The position numbers were made by a program, and so were the translations under genes. A stretch of 63,999 nt of DNA, filler included, from Octopus bimaculoides (taxonomy: Eukaryota), in the NCBI RefSeq assembly GCF_001194135.2. It is 7 parts of 6 records of this genome, joined end to end, with 100 filler letters (N's around TTAATTAATTAA, not from the genome) between each part and the next. Parts side by side here need not be neighbours in the genome. Positions count along the whole stretch, not along the records: positions 47,751 to 56,748 come from NC_068981.1; positions 56,849 to 60,681 come from NC_068981.1; positions 60,782 to 62,446 come from NC_069003.1; positions 62,547 to 63,999 come from NW_026371695.1; 3 more parts are not named here. One strand, given 5' to 3'. Numbering within the stretch: the first letter of the stretch is position 1; every line of letters starts with the position of its first letter. The notes below the pieces were generated by a model. It saw nothing but the letters and a program-made list of their open reading frames with translations, was not told the origin of the DNA and searched no databases. Positions 54,029 through 63,999 of the stretch are shown here, in pieces.

Positions 54029-54059
<31 letters not shown>

Positions 54060-54067
54060 AAGAAGAA
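53928..54067. repeat. Compound (CAA)n(TAA)n(GAA)n array
   Basis: Seen directly. Confidence 0.95.
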
Positions 54068-55272
54068 AGCATCAGCAGATAATAGAGAAAGGGGGGAGGA
54101 AGTTGGCCAGCGAAGAAAAGGGGACAGTGATGCAGTACTACTTAGATAGTGAACCCCCAAAAGGGGCTATAGAAAACGGATATTAACACCACTTTAGGAA
54201 GTGAAGGTTATGTTTATAGTGACCGAGCAGAAACAAGTAGATGAAGCTAATGCTACTAAGTGTAAAAAGTGGATGAGAGAATTGGAGGTGGAAGAGACCA
54301 CAAGAGAAATGAGAAAGAAAGACTAGCAACAGCGTAAGAGATACAACACACATGAAAGTAGAAGCTAAAAAATAATAGCACTGCTAATAAGGAAGGGCAA
54401 CTCGCACCAGCGACTTAAGCGATCTAAATGAGAAAGATCAGAAGATTTTACATGAAATGCAGGAAATAATGAGTAAAGTAAGAAAAAGCTAGCCAGCATT
54501 AAACGGTACCAACAGAAGGAAGCTGCTAGATAACACTAGGAAAGTAGATTCTGTTATCGGTAGGAAAGATAGTAAAAATATAGGAAACACTAACTCATTA
54601 ATATATACAGGTCTGGCAATTACTAGAAGATTTGATATTCTCGAAGGAAAGATTTAAAAAGAGCAAATGTGCAAAAGGATATTACAAAATAAAGTAAAGT
54701 CTTTAAGACAAGATCTGAGTAGAATAGAATCCTGGAAACTGAACAAGTGAAGAAACACAAGATTTTTAATCTTCTCTTGAGAAATAATAATTAGTCAAAA
54801 TGAAAGAATTTGGGACAGTCATAGACGAGTTGAAACAACGAATCATAGCAGCAATTGGTAAGTTTTCCAAATATCTGAAAAGGATAGATCAGCATTAACA
54901 GAGGAGATTCATAGTCAAATAAATAGCAGAGAAGTAAGTACTGGAGATGAGATACCGAATGCAGAAGCATCTAGAAAGTTCTGGAGTAATATTTTGGATA
55001 AGTTGGTCAATCATGGATGATCTGAAGCATTTTAGTAACAATGTAAAAAAAAAAGGCAGATTCGTTTATACAGACTGTAAGACTTTTCACATGACTTTTC
55101 AGGCATGTGGAAAAGAAAATCCAAACGAAGTTTTAAAAAAAACAGAAAAAAAGAACAAATGTCATCTGACTGGAAGGAAAATGCGTTGCATAGAAAGTTT
55201 CCAAAGATAGTTGAAGCAAATAGTAGTAGTGAGACATAATTATGATTGCAGAAAACAAGGCTGAAACGGTAG
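54068..55272 (+). mobile_element. Decayed R4/Dong LINE N-terminal to pre-RT region
   Basis: LQNKVKSLRQDLSRI ... VIDELKQRIIAA ... IPNAEASRKFWSNI; multiple stops. Confidence 0.7.
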
Positions 55273-55274
55273 GA

Positions 55275-55327
<53 letters not shown>

Positions 55328-55919
55328 CGGGGAGGTTTAACAGAGAGAACACCGGGGAAGTTTAACANNNNNNNNNNATAAATCACTGCTCCGAAACTTA
55401 TCCAAAAACATCAGAAATAAAGACATCGTATGGAGCCAAAAAATAGCTGACAAAGGGTTGGACTATACCCGTGTAAGTAATACTCATTGAAATGTATTTC
55501 TATTTTTCCAAATATAATGATGTATTTTAACTCGATACCTCGACTACCCGAATAGCGATCGTAAACACACGTGTTACATCAAAATACAGACCATCTTCGA
55601 AACCCAAAACACCATGTACAAAAAAATTACAAACAGATTAAATAACACCGGTATTATTTCACCCAAGAATAACAACCGAGAAGTACGTACTGTAAGCTTG
55701 TTACGAAAAAAGTACGAAGATATGAACGTGNNNNNNNNNNNNNNNNNNNNNNNNNNNNNNNNNNNNNNNNNNNNNNNNNNNNNNNNNNNNNNNNNNNNNN
55801 NNNNNNNNNNNNNNNNNNNNNNNNNNNNNNNNNNNNNNNNNNNNNNNNNNNNNNNNNNNNNNNNNNNNNNNNNNNNNNNNNNNNNNNNNNNNNNNNNNNN
55901 NNNNNNNNNNNNNNNNNNN

Positions 55920-56748
55920 TTGTTCCTCATGTCCCGCAAACAAAACCAAAACGGCATAAATGGACACGTGAGGAACACATTTCGATCCTACACGCCTATT
56001 TCACAGCAGTACTCTACCCAAAAAACGAAAACGCAACAACACATACATATAAAACATGGAAGAAAAATAATGTAAATATAGACCTCGATAAAACAATGAA
56101 CCCTAACAAACTAGCTAACAAAAGAAGATATATTCTAAAAGCAAAAAAATATCAGAAATAGAAATAGAACAATTGAAAGAAAAAATACATCAGGAAAATC
56201 TAGATAGTAGTCACACAGCAATGCCAAATAATAATATAAACACTGAGATAGCGAAACACGAGGACAAACGTAACATTTCCAGCAAAAACGTAATAAACAA
56301 AGAACAACAAACCCAGACCGTAGAGGTGTATAATAGTGTACAAAAAGCACCAATCCAGAACACCACAGACAAACATATGAATGAAAAGGAAGGCAAAACA
56401 AATATAAAGCCTGATACTATGAAAATGAAAATAACCGAAGAACTGAAAACCACAGATCTTAGAATGGACCACAGATTATATCTCCCAAAAATGAAAATAG
56501 ACAATAAAACAACATCATTAATAAATATCATAAACCTATCCGTCACGGAACTAACAACCACAGAAACAACAGGCAATATCACTGAGCTAAATGACATAAT
56601 ATATGCGGCAGCCACTGCAGCCACAAAAGAAGCAGGATACTCAATCAAACCCATCCGAACAGGAGTTCTACCACCCAAACAGACCTTGTGGACAAATAAC
56701 ATCCAGAACAAAATTAAAAAAAATAGAAAAGATTTATCGATTCTCAAC
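55920..56748 (+). mobile_element. R4/Dong LINE N-terminal region (relatively young)
   Basis: RHKWTREEHISILHAY ... MNPNKLANKRRYILKAK; one A-run frameshift, then open to the linker (ITELNDIIYAAA ... LWTNNIQNKIKKNRKDLSIL). Confidence 0.8.
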
Positions 56749-56848
56749 NNNNNNNNNNNNNNNNNNNNNNNNNNNNNNNNNNNNNNNNNNNNTTAATTAA
56801 TTAANNNNNNNNNNNNNNNNNNNNNNNNNNNNNNNNNNNNNNNNNNNN
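56749..56848. other. Artificial 100-bp assembly linker
   Basis: N44-TTAATTAATTAA-N44. Confidence 0.95.
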
Positions 56849-57259
56849 ATATATATACATACATACATATATATATATTATTTATATTATTATATGATTG
56901 AACGCCACGTACCCTTTTCCAAGTAAGTTTCCTCTCTCTCTTTCTTTCTTTTTGTCTGTCTGTCTCTCCCTCTCTGTATATATATATATACGTACGTCAC
57001 TGAGTGGTTAAGAAAATCACTTTGCAAACTCGCACATTTGGGTTGATTATTGCAACTCTTGCAAAAAAAAAATACAAAATTGGTTATTGACCCGTGTGAT
57101 AAAAGATTTTAGGATGAATTTTAATTATGAGAACTGTGCGTAAGCCCGTCGTATATATATACATATATAATTCTGGCGTAGACGATCGTTTTATTTTTTT
57201 ACCCTGAAGTTCACAACCAGGGTGGATTCATGTAAAAAGTGGCACACAGGTGGAGACTG

Positions 57260-60221
57260 GAGTATAGATTGTTTTGCCGTTTGTGTTTTTTTCCTAGTCC
57301 CCAGAGTTACCGAGAATATTGATTCAAAAGTTTTCTAATGGAATTCCCCTGTTTGTTCCACCATTAAAACAACTAGCTCCTCACAGAGCCGGCATATACC
57401 ATTTCGCTAGCAACAAGGGTAGTACAGGATGACAGTCAGCCAAAACTTTCGCTATGCTGTCTCTCTTCTTTTACCTCTTTGTGGGGTGAATATTCTTAAT
57501 CATTAGTTAAAGTTTCTCACTCAAACTCCATAATAGGCAGAATTATCGGGTTAAGACGGTAGGGTGTTTTGAAGGAGGTTTGGCTGCTATTTCTACTAGG
57601 TCTAGCTACCATGTAGAACTCTGAACTTAATTTTAATTCATATATTGGCATTTCAAAAATTCAACATAATCTTTTCCATAAATCAACTATCGTAAAAATT
57701 TTGTTTGTAGCTTGCAACCAAAATATAACTCAGCTGATGACTTGCCTCTAGATTCAGTTGGCGTCGTGCAATAGCCTCAAAGCAAACGATTCAGTTTAGT
57801 ATGGAGGTTTCCTGCATTTTGCTTTTACAATCCATTCTTTACCGTCTGAACACCTCGTTCTGCTAAGCCGTTTGAAGACGGATGATACCATGCTGTTCTT
57901 ATGTGACCTACTGCATTTTCTCTCAAAAATGTTTGGATAACCTCACTTGTGAACAGAGTGCTGTTATCTGAACATAGTTTATCTGGAATCCCAAATTTAG
58001 AAAGTGATAAGCGTAGTCGGGCTACCGTAGACTCTGCTGTAGCACGTACCACTGGATGTACAACTATCCATTTCGAATGTGCATCAAAAATCAATAAGCA
58101 CACCATACCATTAAGAAGACCAAAATAATCAATGTGTAACCTGGCCACTTCCTGGGATGTACAGGTCCTGGCGTGTTTTGTCGCTGATATTGTTCAAAAT
58201 AGTCACATCTTCTGCACATCTGATCATCTGATCAATATTGTTTTATGACTGGATGAGCATCATGCAACTCATTAAGTAATTGTTGTCTTAACTTAAATGG
58301 TAAAATAATACGAGGACCACAAATTATGCAACCCTCGAGCAAACACAGTTCATCTTCACGCTGTAAAAACGGTTTTAATTCTAAACTTGCTTTGGACGGC
58401 CATCCTCTTAAAAGATATTGTTTGACACTGGACAGTATTTGATTTTCTTCTGTTAGTCGAAGTATATCCTATTTTCGGGTAGGTGTGCCACTAAAATGTT
58501 GCATCATGTGTACCAGTTCCGCTGGCTGTTCAATTTGGTGTAACGACTCAATACATCAGCAGTAACATACTTAGGCCCAGGAACGTAATGCATACTATAA
58601 CTATAAGCACTTAACATCAAAGCCCATCTCTGCATTCTAGGTGAACATATTTGCTGAATACCTCACGTTTCTCCAAGTAGTGCAATCAAAGGTTTATGAT
58701 CAGTGTAAATTTCAAAATTATGCCCCCCACCAGTCATATTGATGCGATCGGTTGACACCAAATAAAACTGCAAGTGCTTCTTTGTCCAATAGAGAAGAGT
58801 TCTTTTCAGCTGCTAACAGAGAATGTGAAGCAAAAGCTACAGGACGAACAGTGCTGTCATTCATTCGATTACAAAGGGCTGCACCTAGCCCTAATGGAAA
58901 TGCATCACATTGTAAAATTAAACGTTTATGCGGGGCACAATGCACAAGTACAGATAAATAAGTAAGTAACCTCTGAGCCGTAGCAAAGACTTTCTGATGT
59001 TGAACATTCCACCCTCAAAGGGTATCTTTATGCAATAAGGAATATAAGGGTGTCTGTAGTGTTGAAATATTTGGTGTAAAACGACGATGATGTGACAATA
59101 TTCTTTCAAATGATCTTAATTCACTATTGTGTTTAGGTTCTGGTGCATTTAATATAGGCTGCATTTTATCACTCCTGCATTGCAAACCATCATTATTAAG
59201 TTAGTAAGCAGGTCGGTAACAGGATCACAGAACATACATATTTGTTATTCTGCTTTTGTGAAGACGATCGAGTGTGATGGATAATGTATGAAGATGTTCA
59301 TCTTGGGAACGCCTGGTGATTAGTAAATCATCTAGGTATGCGCAAAATCATAGTACATCTTTAACAATATTTTCGATAATGTGTTGAAAAATTCCTTGGG
59401 CTGAAGTAATTCCAAATGGTAATCTAGTAAATTGAAACAACCCAGTATGGGTAGCCAATCGTTGTGCAAGGACGAGAATTGTCATCAAGTCTGAGATCAA
59501 TTTTTGTGAACGTTTGGCCTCCCGACAGAGTCGCGTACAAATCTTCTATTTTAAATAACGGGTACTTGTCTAAAACAGCTGACCGCTTGATTGTAAGTTT
59601 ATAATCTCTGAGCCATTGTAATTCGGCTTCCACTTTTCCAGCTTTACACAACCGTTGTGACGTGTTGGAAAGTAATTTTATGTTTGCTTTAAATCCATTC
59701 AATTATCCAAGCTTGCTGTCAAACAAAGAGTATTCCTTTTTCAGTTGTTCCAATAATGGGTATTACAAACAGTTTTAATCACGGTGAGTGTACCGAGTAA
59801 TTGTCGTAACCAATCATGACCCGACAGGTTTGGACAATTTCCAGTGGTTACGTATACTCATAGAACACGTTTGACATCACCATGTTGCACGTTTACATTG
59901 CAAACTCCAATTATTGGGTCTTTTTACCCGGTATATATTTTAAAGTTGACTACTTTGAGGGAAGTGGTGGTAAACAGCTGACAGAACGAGTGGTAATCAT
60001 AGAGACTGAAGCAGCCATATCAATTCTATTTGTACTCACTGACATTCAGTTATTTCGTCGACACGATACGGAGTTGGTCGGACTGTAGTGTTAACGGTAC
60101 TGTTTAAAAGTGAACTTAAAGCAAAATGTTGGTCTTGGTTTTTAGATTTGTTTTTATCGTTCGCACCGACTATCTCTGTAGAGATGAAACTATGTGTTCA
60201 TTGTTCTTTGTACGACAAACT
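57260..60221 (-). mobile_element. Decayed Ty3/Gypsy LTR retrotransposon internal region (gag end, protease, RT, RNase H, integrase)
   Basis: Domain order PR-RT-RH-IN. IELDMAASVS and NLSGHDWL (protease); RLPFGITSA and YLDD at 59327-59338 (RT); LQCDAFPLGLGA, DKEALAVLFGV and YTDHKPL (RNase H); RLHIDY, SDN and HPSSNGLAERGVQTVK (integrase). Many stops; no LTR recognised. Confidence 0.92.
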
Positions 60222-60681
60222 CTAGATAGGATACAGCATACACAAATGAAAGAAAAAATAAAGAAAGATTACTATAGACGAGTTAGATCAATACTAAATA
60301 CAGAGCTCAATGCTAAAAACAAGATAATGGGTATCAATACTTTAGCTGTCCCAGTTATAAGCTACAGCTACAGCATCCTTAACTGGACACTAAACGAACT
60401 ATGTAAAATAGACAGGAAATCAAGAAAAATAATGACAGGATATAGGATGCACAATCCAAAATCTGACATAGAAAGGCTATATATACTACGCACAGAAGGT
60501 GGCAGGGGTCTTATACAGCTAGAAAACTATTATAAAATAACCACCATAGGACTGCAAAAATACCTACTCCAAAAGCAAGGGAAACTAACTAATACAAATA
60601 GCCACAAAACACGAGCAAGACAAAACGCTGTTTTCACTATTTAAGGAAGCTGACAAATACAAACAAGAAATCAATCTACCT
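60222..60681 (+). mobile_element. R4/Dong LINE post-RT fragment, 5'-truncated
   Basis: YYRRVRSILNTELNAKNKIMGINTLAVPVISYS ... HNPKSDIERLYILRTEGGRGLIQLE. Confidence 0.88.
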
Positions 60682-60781
60682 NNNNNNNNNNNNNNNNNNN
60701 NNNNNNNNNNNNNNNNNNNNNNNNNTTAATTAATTAANNNNNNNNNNNNNNNNNNNNNNNNNNNNNNNNNNNNNNNNNNNN
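60682..60781. other. Artificial 100-bp assembly linker
   Basis: N44-TTAATTAATTAA-N44. Confidence 0.95.
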
Positions 60782-60814
60782 AGTAAAAGAGTAAAAGAGT
60801 AAAGAGAGTATATA

Positions 60815-62057
60815 TATGTTTGGTCATCCCATAAATAATGCAGTTTTTTCGATTCCATGAAAGGCAGATAGTAATTTTACCTTGTACTTATTCTTAGTGC
60901 AAGTTTTGAAGAGTGCAGTTCGATTTTAACAGTTATTTTTTCAAAGCGATAATGGAAGTGACAAAGGAGCATGCATATTCGGCACATTTTGCTTTATGAA
61001 TTCAATAAAGGTAACAATGCAATGGAAAATGCGAGGAATATTAATGCAGTATATGGGGATCGGGCAATAAGCGTAAGCCAGTGTCAACGGTGGTTCCAGA
61101 AATTTCGAGTCGGAAACTACAGCCTAGAAGACGGGCGTCGACCTGAAAGATCTGTACAGCTCGACGAGGACGTCCTGCAAACCGTGGTGGAACAAAATCC
61201 ATTGTTGAGGAACTAACAGAGAGCTTGGATTTGGTCATTCAACCATTCATCGACACCTGCGTGCCATCGGAAAAGTCAGCAAATTGGGTCAATGGGTTCC
61301 TCACAAACTTTCCGAGATTAATCGCGTGCAGAGAGTGAATGTGTGCTTTTCTTTGCTGTCACGTCTCACGAATGAGCCTTTTTTTTTTTTTTTTGGACTG
61401 AATAGTGACTGGTGACGAAAAATAGGTTCTCTATAAAAATGTCAAGCACCGAAGACAGTGGGTAGGGAATGGAGAAACACCGGCACCCCAGGCTAAAGGA
61501 GTTCTTCACCCATGTAAGGTGTTGTTATCTGTTTGATTGGATATGAAAGTTTAGTCCACTTTGAACTTTTAAACCCAAACCAAACGATAACAAAGATCTT
61601 CTGCGAGCAGCCAGAGCGGCTTAAGTCAGCGCTAGAAGAAAAACGACCATCTTTGGTTTCAAAACGAAAAGTGTTCTTCCATCAGGATAATGCTCGGCCA
61701 CATACAGCGTGGATAACATTCCAAAGGCCGGAGCAGGTTTAATGGGAAACGATGCCCCACCCACCATATTCACCGGACATTGCGCCATCTGATTATCATT
61801 TATTCTGCAGTCTTCAAAATCATTTGGTCGGAAAATAATATGAATTCTGTAGACGAAGTCAGAACAGTAATGGAGAAGTATCTTTCGTCACGGACAAGTG
61901 AATTATGAATGAGGTGCCTTGCAAGTCTACCAGATAGATGGAAGAGCATTGTAGAAAATGAAGGAGAGTATAGTTTAGATTAAAAAAGAAATTTGAAAAA
62001 TTTGAAAAATAAAAGCAGTATAAAAAAATCGCATTATTTATGGGATTACCCAAAATA
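60815..62057 (+). mobile_element. Near full-length mariner with inactivated transposase (60952-61983)
   Basis: TIRs TATGTTTGGTCATCCCATAAATAATGC and the imperfect inverse; HIRHILLYEFNKG, WVPHKL, IVTGDEK, HQDNARPH, HPPYSPDIAPSDYHLF motifs; frameshifts and premature stops. Confidence 0.93.
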
Positions 62058-62446
62058 TATATTGTTGTATTTGAGGATGGTCATTTTTTTGTCAAATAAA
62101 CACAAGCACTATATATTTGTTCTTCACTCGAGTATAACTGTTGTTATTCTAACTCATGTCCATTGTACGGAAATATATAGTGCGTGTGTTTATTTTGCAA
62201 AAAAAAAAAAAAAAAGATGACGATCCCGAAATACTACAATATCTGTTTCAACACACGATTTCACACCAGGTGTCTTGCAACACAAATTCATAAATGTATA
62301 TGTATATATAAACACAATTGTGCTACTATTAGTTTCATGTGTTGAGGACACGCCAAAACAGGCTGGTTTCCCTGCACAATCACAGCCCACATAGCATATA
62401 TCATATACTGGTGGGCCTTGGATTTAATGTGCCGGTTTTAATGTAC

Positions 62447-62546
62447 NNNNNNNNNNNNNNNNNNNNNNNNNNNNNNNNNNNNNNNNNNNNTTAATTAATT
62501 AANNNNNNNNNNNNNNNNNNNNNNNNNNNNNNNNNNNNNNNNNNNN
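62447..62546. other. Artificial 100-bp assembly linker
   Basis: N44-TTAATTAATTAA-N44. Confidence 0.95.
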
Positions 62547-63999
62547 TGAGAGTAAGCTTTGTTTGACCTATGTAATCTTCAGGACATCCTTGAGCTTTAA
62601 TAGCGTATACTAAATCAATTGAAAAACATGTAAAATGATTTTTTATAGTAACAATCTGTCCTGATTTGAATTTGCATGTTGTGACTTCAATAAGTTTGAC
62701 GTAAGTCCCGCAAGTGGGGTGACCATATTTTTTTTACTGTTGGTGTGGGAATTATATATATTCATACATATATGTACACTATATAAATGTGTGTGCATGT
62801 GTGTATTTCATGGAAAGGCCCTGAGATGTTGCATCCTCGAGAAAAACGGATTTGATCTTCGAAACTTGCATCTCAACAGGAAGGTTTTTGGTAATTAGAA
62901 ATAGAAAATATACAATTTCCTAAGAGAAATAACTCAAATTTTAAATCCTCACATCTACTCCTCTTTATCTGTCTATATCAGGCTCTCATTTTTACACTTT
63001 ACCCCTCTCTATATATATTTAACATGCTCTTTATTATTTTCTCTCTCTGTATATGTATATCTCTCACTCATGCTGCTCTACCCACTGTCTCTCTCTTTCT
63101 CTTTCTCTTAACATGACATGTAATGCAATATCAGGAGCGTCGGTATATCTCTATGTGATTTATTTACATGCCTCTTCAACTGTTTTACATAACTTTATTC
63201 ATTAAAACTTTTTTAAATCCCTTACAACTTTCGTCGTTGTAATGTTTTGATTTCATTTTCTTCGTCGACGTAATTGTTTTCATTTTGTGATTAGACAGCC
63301 ATCCCACAGAAAATGCTAGCTTCCAAATCCTGTTTCCTAATTGAGTAAAAATGATCAAACTTTAAACCTCTGTGACATTTTTCCCAAACACGGATTCAGC
63401 GTGAAAAAATGCACCAATATACCAAATTTGAAAATTCTGAATTAATTTTAACATTTTAAAATCTGTGACAGCAACAGAAAAGAACTTTCGCTATTTGCAT
63501 TTACCAAACTTTCTCTGTATATTCTTTCTCTGTATATGTATATCGCTCAGGCTGATGATGTGTGTGTGCATGTATATGTATGTATATGTATGTATGTTTG
63601 CGTGCGTGTGTGTACACGCGTCAGTGTGTGTGCATGCGTCAGTGTGTGAGTGTATGCTTGTGTGGAATTTCATTAGGAATTTCATTAGGGCGACAGAGTG
63701 GAAAGACCCACACAAAGCATCAGCAACGAACTAAGAAAAATTCTTACATTCATACAACAAATGAAAAAATAAAAATTTAGTTTATCAATGCATTATAAAT
63801 TGCCCCAAATAATGCAGAAATCCATCCTGATCAAGAAGCCTATCCATTGGAGAAGACATGGTCTGACATGGAATAAAAAGAATTGAAATAAAGGCATTCT
63901 ATTGTGAAAATTGCCCCGCAACGACGGGATACTTAGTTAGTTTCTGTGTGTGTATGTATGTATGTATCTATGTATCTATGTATGTACGTATGTATGTAT

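Overview
Gene-poor, AT-rich eukaryotic DNA saturated with microsatellites, tRNA-derived SINEs and decayed transposons. The repeat landscape resembles an octopod cephalopod (inference from pattern recognition, not a database hit). Almost all listed ORFs are microsatellite or N-gap artefacts. Supported content: about ten fragments of R4/Dong-clade (restriction-like endonuclease) LINEs, one RTE 3' end, a decayed Ty3/Gypsy gag-pol (57260-60221, minus), several dead mariner copies, five recurrent SINE families and a 77-bp foldback. The only host-gene evidence is one good and one tentative minus-strand exon (1878-2040, 1386-1489) of an unassigned protein. Six identical 100-bp N44-TTAATTAATTAA-N44 linkers show the window is stitched from seven pieces. 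Most interesting: two different minimal type I hammerhead-ribozyme motifs with palindromic helix III (31857-31899 and 4701-4747, both minus). One lies downstream of a tRNA-like Pol III head and the other next to a gap that could hide a retrozyme-like tandem array. LINEs and one SINE family also occupy the same (TAA)n microsatellites with opposite polarity.
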